This document shows positions 47,773 to 59,610 of a stretch of DNA of 64,000 bases, one piece after another. The translations under genes and the position numbers were made by a program. Each line of letters opens with the position of its first letter. Positions within the stretch are counted from its first letter, which is position 1. Origin of the DNA: Azolla caroliniana (lineage: Eukaryota > Plantae > Polypodiophyta); NCBI GenBank assembly GCA_043228905.1, contig JBHGNT010000001.1, positions 16,616,001 to 16,680,000 of the forward strand, written 5' to 3'. The notes below the pieces were generated by a model. That model ran no database searches, was not told where the DNA came from, and saw only the letters and a program-made list of their open reading frames with translations.

Positions 47773-50700
47773 ATGGATAGAGGAATGGCTAGCTCGCTTC
47801 CGATGGAGAAGCTTGACAGATCTAACTACGCATCTTGGTCATACAAGGTGCACTAGTACCTGCTTGGGCATGGTTACAGGAGCTATGTCGACAGAGCTAA
47901 TGACACAACACCTGATGTGGCACACAAGGACTTCTCGGTGTGGGAACAATCGGCAAGCAGAGTGATGTACTGTTTTGCGTCCAGTGTCGGAGACCAGCTG
48001 CTAAGCCATGTCCGAGATGCCAAGACGCCGAAAGAGGCTTGGGGAAACCTGAAGAAAGTGTTCGCCGCAAGCACTACAGCCCGGAAGCTACAACTCCGAT
48101 AGGAGTTGAGCAATGTCTGACAGAAGGACATGTCGGTGGCTGATTACACGGCCCGAATCAAAGATATCTGTGACTTGCTTGCCTCTATCAACATCACGGT
48201 AGAGGAAGACGAGATGGTACAGGCCTGTCTTGGGGGCCTGGCATCTAAGTTCCGAGCTTTCCAGATAGCTATATGTACGAGGGAGAATATGCTGTCATTT
48301 TTCGACTTATAGTCGATGCTCCTTGTAGAGGAGAACCATGCTGGTGCATCAACAAGTGCACCCACCGACAACCGGATGCTGTACACGGAGGCGGATCGGC
48401 GCCGTGGGCATGGTGGACGAGGCGGGTCGGCACGCAATGGAGGCAGCCGACAAGGGCAAGACCGACGACACAGAGACCGTGCCGACAACAGTTCCGAGAC
48501 TTCCACAAGCAGGGGGAGTCAAGCTGGAGCCGGAGGCCGGCAAGACAAATCCGCCACGAAATGCTGGTACTGTGGCAAAAAGGGCCACAGAGAAAGCGAG
48601 TGTTGGAAGAAGCGTGCCGATTCAGACAGATCTGGATCCGGCAAAACCGGTTGGGAGAACCGGCAAAGCTCGCACTACGCGCAAGGATCGAAAGGATCTG
48701 GAACCGGGAAGATCGGTAAGGGGCCAGCCTTGGTGATGAAACACGAGGCTAACTCGATGAAGAAGACAACTTCCAAATCGGAGGAAGTGTGGTACGTTGA
48801 TTCCGGTGCGTCAAATCACATGATGAACCACAAAGAGTGGTTCTCCTTCTTGAAGAAACCGGAACAATCGGGAGTTGTCGAAACCGGAGACGACACCCCT
48901 CACCCAATCGTGCATGTCGGAGAAGTTCCCCTGAGCCACGTCGGATAGAGGGGGAAGCTGATGAATGTATTACACGTTCCAACTATCACGAAGAACATGG
49001 TGTCGGTCGGATAGATCGTCGACTAGGGAATGCAGGTGTGGTTTACGCACCTCGGGTGCTTCATCGAGGAGGAGGGGTAGATTATCACGCAAGGGCGTAG
49101 AGATGGGAGGATGTTCATCCTCGACACCAATGACGTCAGCACCGCCTTGTTCGCCAAAGGACAGAAGGTCGAATCGGACATCGACCTGTGGCACAAGCGG
49201 ATCGGCCACGTCAATTACCGAAGGCTTCAAGACCTGCAGACGAAACAAGTTGTTTTCGGTTTGCCGAAGTTTAGTGGTCAGAAGGCCCAAGTATGTGAAG
49301 CCTGCCAACTCGGGAAGCAACACCGGCTTCCATTCCCCGTCAAACAAAACCGTAGCCGTAACAAGCTCGACCTTATTCATTCGGATGTATGGGGACCGGC
49401 ACAAAATGTGAGTCTTGGCGGGAGTCGATACTTTGTCTCCTTCATCGACGACTATAGCCGGCACACATGGATCTGTTGGGAGATAGGTCCCTCGGGATGG
49501 TGCAGACCCGGTGAGAACCGGATGAGGAGTACCCGGCTATGGAGAGCCGGATGGTGCAGACCCGGTGAGAACCGGATGAGGAGTAACCGGCTACGGAGAG
49601 CCGGATGGTGTAGACCCGGTGAGAACCGGATGATAAGTACCCGGCTACGGAGGACCGGATGGTGCAGACCCGGTGAGAACCGGATGAGGAGTACCCGACT
49701 ACGGAGAGCCGGATGGTGCAGATCCGGTGAGAGCCGGATGAGGAGTACCCGGCTATGGAGGACCGGATGGTGCAGACCCGGTGAGGAGTGCTCACCGGAT
49801 GAAGAGACATATTCGTAAATATGTTTTTGAGAATCCATCATGGCTATATTTGTAAATAGCCGAAAAGTCATATTAGTATAAATATGACTTAGGGCAAACT
49901 TTTAGAGTGTGGTTGTCATTCTTGTTGGTGTAAGGAGAGAGAGAGCGCGTAACTGTGTACAGAGAGAGAGAGAGAGAGAAAGAGGTCGTTGCCTCTGTTG
50001 TAACCGCCGCCTGTGGCGAGGATCGTGAGCACGAGGTCGTTGCCTCCATGAACTCATTGTTGTACATTCTAACATAGTGATAGTTTGCAGCCTGTGGGCT
50101 GCCGTGGTTTTTCCCTTAGTTTGGGTTTTCCATGTAAACATCCTGCGTACTCGTCTCTTCTTCGTGTCGTCCATTATTTCCCGTTTTCTGTGTATGATTC
50201 TAAGCTCGGTTGTGGCCGAGCGTTGCGTATAAGGAGCGTTGCAGTTCCCGTCAGGATCTACCTCATTGAGCGGAAGAGCGAAGTCTTCAACTATTTCCGG
50301 AACCTCCAGAGCATGGTGGAACGGGAATCAGAGAGGAGTTCAAGTGCTTGCGGTAAGATGGTGGAAAAGAATATTTTTCTGGCCAATTCAACAGTTATCT
50401 GTAGCAAACAGGAATTCAGAGAGAGTTCAGCTGTAGATACACACCGGAGCAAAACGGTGTGGCCAAATCGCTTGTCGATGCGACAAGGCCAATGTTGGAA
50501 GAGAAGAGCATGTCCCATTTCTATTGGGCGGATGCGGTCCGGACAGCCGTCTACATCCAAAACCAGATCGGTGACAAGGTGTCCGTGCATGAGCTGTATT
50601 TCGGGCACAAGCTGAATTTGAGACACCTTCGGATTTTTGGCAGCATAGCATATGTGCATGTGTCGGATGAGAAGCGGAGGAAGCTAGATGCAAAATCGGA

Positions 50701-53174
50701 GAAGTGCATCCTCGTCAGCTACTCGCACGAGCAAAAGGGGTATAAGTGTTATAATTCCCGGACGAAGTAGGTCCGAGTTAGCCGCGATGTTGAGTTTGAT
50801 GAGATGGCATCATGGTATGCCTTACCAGCTCCGACTTTTGACCCCGACCCAATACTGGAGGATGAGGCTAGTGAGCCTGAACCGGTCCAAATAGAAGATG
50901 ATGAATCCGAGACTCAAGAAGAGAGTCCGTAATCGTTTCGGTTGAGTGGGCCGAACAAGAGACTGGATCAATCCGACCAGTCGGATGAGGAACCAACGAG
51001 TAATGAAGACTCTGTCGTGCTCTCCCCGCGCAAGGAACCGAGGAGACGGTTCATGTGCAAAGAGAAGGGGAAGAAGAAGATGTCGGATTATGAAACCGGC
51101 AATGATGAGTCGGATCAGAGCGGATCCGACTCTGGAAAGGAAAATGATGGGTTCTTTAGCACCGAAGATTGAACCGGCCAAGAAGGGTCTGAAACTGGGT
51201 AATGGTGGGTTACGCCGGTCAACCCGCCAGAAGGAACCTGTTAAGCGGTACGGGTACAATGAGTACATGGCGCATCACTATGCGTACATGACCAAGGTGG
51301 CGGAAGTGCGTGCATCGGAGAGCTACGCAGAAGCGGCAAAGGACGCACATTGGCGTGCCGCTATGGAAGAAGAGATGCGGGCATTTGATGCCAAAGATAC
51401 ATGGGAACTGGTTGACCCTCCCCGTCACAGTAAACCGATCGGATGCAAGTGGGTGTACAAGGTAAAGTACAACGCCGACGGTTCAGTTAACCGGTACAAG
51501 GCCCGGTTAGTGGCGAAGGGATATGCACAGACCCACGGAATCGACTATGACGACACCTTCGCTCCAGTAGCGAAGATGACGACGGTTCGTGTGGTGCTGG
51601 CGGTTGCTGCGGAAAGGGGGTGGCATCTTCACTAGATGGATGTGAAGAATGCATTTCTTCAAGAAGATCTTGAAGAAAAGGTCTTTATGATACAACCCCC
51701 CAGTTTCCAGAGGGAGATGAACAAGTCGGCAGTATGTCGGCTGAAGAAGTCACTTTATGGCCTGAAGCAAGCCCCCCGAGCTTGGAATGCGAAGATCACG
51801 CACCGGTTGCATAAGATGGGGTTTGCGGCCTCCAAATTCGACTCTTCGTTGTTCATCCGGCAAGGTTCAGACGGTCCCGTTTGCATCTTGTTGTATGTTG
51901 ATGATCTGGTCATCACTGGACCCGAACTCAATGAAATCAACCGAGTCAAGTCCCAGTTGTAGGATGCGTTTGAGATGAAGGACCTAGGGGACCTTCATTA
52001 TTTTCTTGGGATCGAGGTGATCCAAACCCCTGACGACATATTGCTCTCACAGAGGCACTATGTGTTGAATATGTTGTACAAGTTCGGCATGACAGAATGT
52101 CGACCTGTCTCTACACCCTTGGACTGGAACCAAAAGCTCTGTCCCAACTCCGGACCGGCCTGCGATGAGAAACGGTTTCGACAAATTGTCGGAAGCCTTA
52201 TATATTTGACCATCACCCAACCCTACATAAGCTATCCGGTCGGTGTGATTAGCTAATTCATGTAGAAGCCGACCGTAGAGCATCTTTAGTGCGCGCACCG
52301 AATACTGCGGTATGTGAGCGGCACGAAGGACCGGGGACTGTTATACCGGCGAGGTATAACCGAAGAGTTGGTTGGTTACACAGATGCCGACTGGGCCGAC
52401 GATGCATCAGATCGCCGATCAACCTCTAGTTATATGTTTTCCCTAGGTAGCGCGACTGTTGCATGGAGCAGCAAAAAGCAGCCAACAGTTGCTCTGTCGA
52501 GCACCGAGGCTGAGTATCGGGGCGCTACCGTTGCCACCTGTGAAGCCATTTGGCTTCGGCGACTGCTACAAGACCTACGGGTCAAGGTACCGACCCCGAT
52601 TCTGATCTACTGCGACAACATAAGTAGCATGCAACTCGCCAAGAACCGCGTATTCCATGCTCGCACAAAGCACATAGAAGTGCACTATCACTTCGTGTGT
52701 GAGCGTGTCCTGAGCAGTGAGGTCGAACTTCGGTATGTTCACACGGATTGGCAAGTTTCCGACAACTTCACCAAACCACTCGGATCAGACAAGTTGTAGC
52801 ACTTCACCGAAATGCTTGGTGTTCAACATCTCGACGTGCCACACTTGAGGGGGAGAACGGGCAAAAACACTAGAATGGGCAAAGGCAAAGAGACTCCCGA
52901 ATGTGCTGGTGGGGGAAGAACCGATAAAGGGAAAGACAAGAAGAAGAAAGGAGCTGAGTCGAAAAAGGAAGTCGACACATCTGAACAAGTTGGAACAAGC
53001 GGCAATGGCGACAGGGTCAAGAAGGACATAGCCGACCAAAGGAAGAAGGCCAAGACCCGGACATGGTCCAATGTGGTGAAGGGCTGGAACGAATCGGAGA
53101 CAGTTGATTCGGTTTACCTGACGGATTCGGAAGGACCGGATCAATTCAAGGCCAAGAGGACGAGAAGGCAGTGA
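47773..53174 (+). pseudogene. copia gag-pol pseudogene (family C) with C-terminal extension
   Basis: Motifs [51 protein letters not shown]; many TAG stops. Confidence 0.92.
49474..50253 (+). mobile_element. family-B solo LTR (780 bp), TSD GGATC, ~5.5 units of the 54-bp repeat
   Basis: TGTTGGGAG...CCCGTCA. GGATC at 49469-49473 and 50254-50258. Interrupts integrase at HTWI|YLI. Confidence 0.95.
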
Positions 53175-56100
53175 AAGTCAATGCCAACACGAAGGAATCG
53201 GCGAACCGGCATGCACCGAAGTCACAACAACGAGGGAGCTGAATTGGGCTTGTTGAGCAGACAAGCCGACCAAGGAGGTCAAGGTACGCAAAACAAGAGG
53301 GGTCGCGGCAAACAAAACCGGACCGGACAAGGAGCGCGAGCAAGGCGGAGTGACACCAGAAGGAGCCGGGCAGAAGGACCGGTTGCCACAAACGTTGACA
53401 CTACGACTGGACTTCAAGTTGAGCTTGAGGGGGAGTGTTGAGCGGCAAGCTCAATTGGAGACGGATCGGTGAGCAAAAGAGCCGGTGAGCTGGGGAGTTG
53501 GTTAGCCGGATCCATCAGTAACCGGAAGCCTAGTAGCAGCTAGACTACTAGGGAGTTAATACTCTCATAGTTAGTGTTAGATGCTCGAGTGAGCATTGAA
53601 GTACACCGTACTTCTGTCAGTCCATATGGACTTGTATAAAAGTGTTCGTTGAGTGTTGATATAATTTTTGAATAGTGATTCTTGTTCTGCTCTCTCTGTC
53701 TCTCCCGCATATTGTTAAGCTCTCTATTAAACCTGTTCTCTATTTTCTGTTTTCTATTGCTTCCACATGCTATTTGTTTTTACATAGGCCGACCGAATAA
53801 CTAAGATTGGGTTGCATAATGGTGAGATAGATTAAACTGCCGATCAGTTGACGATACTGAGTTAACTTGCACATGGCTGTGCTGGAATCGGCATCCATCT
53901 TGAGATTACGATTGAGAGGGGTGGATATAGGTTTGCATTCGGTCATTCTGAACTTGTAGAGCAAGTTGAGAACGTAGTGCCGTTGAGAGATCATTATTCT
54001 GACTGGTGTCTGAATTACTTCAATGCCTAGGAAGTAATGGAGCTCGTGCAAGGCTTTCATTTTGAATCTGCCGGAGAGAAGTGATTTGACTTTGTTAATC
54101 TCAGCGAGATCCTTTCCTCCGATGACCAAATCATCCACGTAAGGGATGATGACAATCGGGCTATTCGACTCGTGTCGGATGTACAAGGAAGTATCAGATT
54201 TTGACATTCAAAATCCGATCTGATCAAGATGTTGCATGATCTTCGAGTGCCACCCATGGGGTGCTTGTTTGAGGCCGTATAGTGGCTTCTTGAGGCGGCA
54301 CACGTCGTTCAAATGATTGCACGATTCAAAACTGGGTGGCTGGATCATGTACACCTCCTCTTCCAATTCTCCTTGAAGAAAGGCATTCTTGACGTCCATA
54401 TGGTGGAGGTGCCACCCTTTTGCTGCCGCGATTGCAATTACGGTCCGCATAGTTGTCATCTTTGCCATTGGGGCAAAGGTCTCTTCGTAGTCTATGCCAT
54501 GCGTTTGCATGTATCCTTTCACAATGAGCCGTGCTTTAAAGTGATTTATGGAGCCGTTGGCATTGTGTTTCCCTTTATAAATCCATCGACATCCAATCGC
54601 TTTCATGTGTGGCATGTGAGGGACGAGATCCCATGTCTCGTTTTTGCATAACGCTTCCATTTCCTCATTCATCACATCAACCCATTGCTGATCCTTTACG
54701 GCTTCGGAACACATCACCGGATCCCATATTGATGCTACCTTCATCATGAAGGCGTAATGGCATGTCATATAATCGTTGTGGTCGAAACAGCTTACGAGGT
54801 TCTTTTCACAAGTCGATCGACGGAGTTTCTCATTTGTGGATACTTGGGCTTTCTTCGCTCCATCTATCTGGATGATTGGGATGTCTAGGACTTTGAACTC
54901 ACTATCGAGGGAGTGAGTTGATGCGTTGTTGATTGGATCTTCATATTCGGACATCTTGGCCTTCCCTTTGTCGAGTTTCGGACTCCGTCGAAATGTGCTT
55001 TGGTCACTCGGGGGGCCCCGTGATCGTGTCGTAATTGGGCTTTCTTCGAACATGTGTGTGATCCGATCTTCATCTTCTATCTCCATTTTGGCGGATTCCG
55101 AGCGGAGTCAGAGTTGAAGTTGTTTCTGGTGCGTACCAAGATGCGGACTCATCGAAGACTACGTCTCTACTTGTTCGAGCTTTCCGGGTAGATGGGTTGT
55201 AGCATTTGTACCCCTTTTGTTTGAGTGAGTATCCTACAATGATATATTTCTTTGACTTCAGGTTGAGCTTTTGTCGCGTATCGTTGGGAATATGTACGTA
55301 AGTGATTGCGCCAAAAATGCGGACATGTGATAAGTTAGGCTTCTTTCCAAAGAACTTCTCATGAGGAGTTACGTCACATACACCCGAGGTTGTGCACCTA
55401 TTCATGAGGTATACAGCCATGTTCGCCGCTTCTGCCCAGTACGATTTTGGTAGGTTCTTCTCATTCATCATAGCCTGTGCCACTTCTACTATGTGCCGGT
55501 TTTTACGCTCAGCTACGCCGTTCTGCTGAGGTGTGTGACGACAAGAGAATTCTTGTCGGATTCCTTCCTTTCGGACATATGCCGTAAACTCATCTGAAAA
55601 GTATTCTTTACCTCCATCCGATTGAAGGCAGCGTACATGTTGAGCCGTAGCTTTTGCGACTTCGGCTTTGAATCTCTGGAAGTATTCGAACACTTCGCTC
55701 TATTGTTTCATCGGGTAGATACAAGTGTTCTTGGAGAAGTTGTCGATGAACGTAATGTAATATCAGCATCTACGAGTGTGCTTATCTAGGCCGGTCCCCA
55801 TATATCTGAATGTACGACATCCAAGATCCCTTTACTCACATTCCGCTCTTTCGGGAATGGATGTCGGCGTTGCTTTTTGAATTGGCATGCTTCGCATACG
55901 CCCATAACCTCCTTCGTCGTAAAATTCGAGAGTCTGAATACTACTCCTTTCGATTGCATGTTCTAGAGTTTTTGGAAATTGATGTGACCAATTCTTTTGT
56001 GCCACAAGTTTAGGTCAGTTTCGACTTTGAGGCCTTTTGCAAACATGGCCGATTTTACCTCGTTCAATTCGAGGATAAACATACGGCCTTCTCATCGACC

Positions 56101-57607
56101 GTGGGTTATGACTTGGCCGCCCTTTTCGATGAAGCACCCGTCGTTGTTGAATCGTACATGCATTCCTTGTTCGACAATCTGGCCGACCAAAACCAGGTTT
56201 TTCGTGATGGTAGGGACATGCAGTACATTCTTGAGATAGGTTTGGTTGTAGTTGTTTCCGAATGGGATGTTCCCGATATGCTGTATTGGATGAGTCGTGT
56301 CATCACCTGTTTCGACATATCCGGGTTGTTCGGGTTTTCGTAATTCCCAAAACCAATCTTTATGAGACGTCATGTGGTTGGATGCTCCCGAGTCAACAAA
56401 CCATACGTCATTTGAGGCGGAGGTGCTAGTTGACGCCCGTGGTGACATCGAGTGTGCTTCGTGCCTTGTTACGAACATTCCGCCACGGTCGCTGTAGTCG
56501 GAATTTGTGGCGTAATTTGTAAACATTCCCCTACGATCGTCGTAGTTTGTGAGTTGTCGGCTAGTTGAAGCCGAGTCTCGTACCTTTTTTCAGCACTCTT
56601 CTTCATAGTGGTTGTGTTTTCCATAGTACCCACATTCGATCGGGTTCTTACGATTGCTCGGTTTGGCGTGATGACTCCCCCTTTTGCGAAACTCTCTGGG
56701 ACTGTTCCTGTCCATTGGTGGGAGTTACGCTCTTGAGTTTGCCGACCATTACGGCCTTGTTTGGATTGACCTCTATTTCCATGGCAGAAATTTCTTCTAT
56801 CATCCGATTGGGAGTAGAGCATATGACCCTCTAGTGTGTTGCTCCTTTGTCGGGCGTGATTTTCCTCAACCAACAATATTGATTGGAGATCGAAAAATGA
56901 AGGAGGGTTCTCCCTTGCAAGGATGGCTGATCTAATCGAGCCAAATCGGGGTGCTAAGCCGCCGAGGCATATTTGCACCATCTCGTCATCGTCGATTACG
57001 ACATTAATCGAACCGAGGGCATCACACAACTCCTTGACCTTTAAGTTATAGCCTGTGATCGACATGCCCCTCTGTTACATGTTGTTTAATTACTATCGAA
57101 GTTGGAGCTTTCGTGCAACCGTGTTGGCCGCAAAAATCTTCTTGAGATTTCCCCAAGCTTCTTTCGGTGTTTTCGAATCTCGAATATAGCCAAGCATATG
57201 ATCATGAACGCATGATGCAAGGCAATAGAACACACGGCTTGCGGCCTGCTCCCACGCGGGATAGTCGGCGTGTGTTGGGTTGGGTTGAGTTTCGTAAGTT
57301 CCTTCAATGTAGCTCCAGTAACCTTGTTTGACAAGGTATTGATGCATCTTGTATTCCCAAGATGCGAAATTCGTTCTGTCAAGCTTCTCGGTAGGAAGAG
57401 TGCTTCCCATCTGAGTGTTCATTATGTCGATTTCTTCTCTGTTGATGAGCCGGTTCTGTTGATCGTCGGCGTGTACCACAACACAGTTGAATAGATTCGA
57501 TTAAGCAACCACACACTCTGATACCATGTAAAGAAATGAGGAGCAAGAGTGGTTGAGATGCAGCGGAAGGACAGTGTGTGTGTGTGTACGTAAGGCAAAA
57601 CAGAGAG

Positions 57608-59161
57608 AGATAGATAGATAGATAGATAGATTATATTATCGTCTTCGGAGGTCAAATATGACCTATGAGACCAAAAATATTACATTTCACGTGATACATG
57701 TGAAAGTGAGTACTGACTCTCGATGTTCAAGAACTTTACCAATGAATGTTGCAATCAAGAGTGCACATTGTGGTTCTGAGAGGAATTCATGCAAAGATTG
57801 GGCTCAGTTGAAGAGATGTGGAAAGCATGGTCGAATATGATCAAAGGCAGAGCATTGTATCAAAGTATGATACTCAGACTCGCGAACTTGTTTAGGGCAA
57901 AGTGTGCATAGCCGACCACTCTCATCACTTGTGCCCCAACGCCCTGTTTCACATCGCAATGCATGTGAGCTAAGTCGCATGGAAGCATGGTTCGAATGGC
58001 AGATAATTGTATGGGCTCTAACATGTATCGATGTGTATGATTTCCCTGTTCCACAAAGAATATGGTTTTGTAATTAGGTGCAACATGTGTAGTATAGTGT
58101 GTGAAGCGCGAGCCTCCACATTTGTCCCATGTCATGATACATTGGCGTTGCAAAAAGGCCTCATTTACAGAGGAATCTAATGATGCATCATGAAGTAAGT
58201 GTCTCGCATCCCATCTACCAAACCATTTTTCTATATCTTGCATCCAACCAGAACACAAAATTTTGCTTTTATGCGTCTTTTGGATCTTTTTGCTTGCTTC
58301 CCACACATGTATTCAACAACCTTTTCCATGGCCATGATCTCAATGGGAAGCGATCCCGTCTCAAGGAGGAGGAGGGTGTAGGGCGTTTGTTTCTTAACTT
58401 GTAGAAACTTTGTAAGAAAATGTTTTTGGACATTTTCAAACTCTTTCCACATAGATTTAGGGATGCTACCACCCCATACTTCCACCCCATAGAGAAGAAC
58501 CGGTGTCACCAAAGTGTCAAAAAGATATTTCTTGAGGACCCAACACTTAATATCTCCAAGATTGCATGTGTTCTCAAATGCATAGTATGCTCGCTTACCC
58601 GCCTCTAAGCAGCGTGTAGCACATTCATTCCATCTCTGATTTGAAGGAAGTTCAAGGCCAAGATATTTGAAGCTTTCCACACATTCAAGTGGCTCATTGT
58701 TGTACATAATGCATGGTTTATCTATTTTTTGGCTGTTCACAAGCATAATCTTTGTTTTAGAGCTATTGCCACTTAATTTAGTATGCATGCAAAATTTGCA
58801 AAAAGCACTACATCATCTGCATATAGCAAAATCATAATCACAACATTCCCAATGGCAACTTCTTCAACACATTCTTCCTTTGAAAACTTGGTAACCATTT
58901 CTTCCAATTCATCAATGCATAGACCAAATAGTGTTGGTGAGAGTGGGCATCCTTGCTTAACACCAATAGTGCTTTTGAGAAAACCTAAAAGTTTATCTCT
59001 CATGCGCACACACCATATAACCTTCTCATAAATTCGGGAAATTGGAAGAATATATTCACTTGGCACCTCAAGTTCTTCCATTCACCTCCAAAGATGCTCA
59101 CGAGGTACCATATCAAAAGCTTTCTTGAAGTCTACAAAGCAACAATATAAACCTTTACGTC
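57608..59161 (-). mobile_element. 5'-truncated non-LTR retrotransposon (RTE/RTEX-like LINE) in a (CT)n tract of an LTR
   Basis: Motifs CFVDFKKAFD, GVKQGCPLSPTLF, LLYADDVV, FKYLG and C-terminal RLCTLC..E..H....C. Stop at 57687, then a short 3'UTR and (TCTA)n tail. Confidence 0.9.
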
Positions 59162-59165
59162 TAAC

Positions 59166-59215
<50 letters not shown>
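59166..59215. repeat. (GA)n microsatellite
   Basis: Direct reading. Confidence 0.95.
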
Positions 59216-59218
<3 letters not shown>

Positions 59219-59610
59219 AAACAGAGATAAACGATTGTATATAACATTAACCAAAATTCTTCCAACAATAACTAAGTTACAAGGGGTTGGTTTAAATACC
59301 AACTAAACTAGGGCAAGTGCCCTTTCTACTATTTACAAAACTAGCTTGGTATGACCATGAGCTAGTGTGAAACCTATCACTATGGGAAGTTGAGTTCGAC
59401 TCTCAACACCAACAAACTCCCCCTTCACTATGGTATGGGATGTCTCGTTAATCCGATCCATCTTCGACACACGTCTAGCTTGTCGACCGATAGCACATTG
59501 GTCAACATGTCTAACTCGTTCTCCTCTGTATGGATCTTCGTCAACAAGAACTCTTTATCTTCTACCTTCTCCCGAAGCCAGTGATATCTCCTCTGGATGT
59601 GCTTGCTATG

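Larger units (their letters stand above)
47301..53784 (+). mobile_element. full-length decayed Ty1/copia family C with TSD TAGGC
   Basis: LTRs 47301-47678 and 53436-53784; PBS TGGTATCAAAGC 47679-47690; PPT 53421-53435. TAGGC at 47296-47300 and 53785-53789. Confidence 0.95.
46119..59408 (-). mobile_element. full-length decayed Ty1/copia (C-related) with TSD CCAAC, hosting a nested copia and a LINE
   Basis: 3' LTR 46119-46492; 5' LTR 57527-59408 interrupted by the LINE; PBS 57516-57526; gag-pol 57422-53785 and 47300-46654. CCAAC at 46114-46118 and 59409-59413. Confidence 0.92.
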
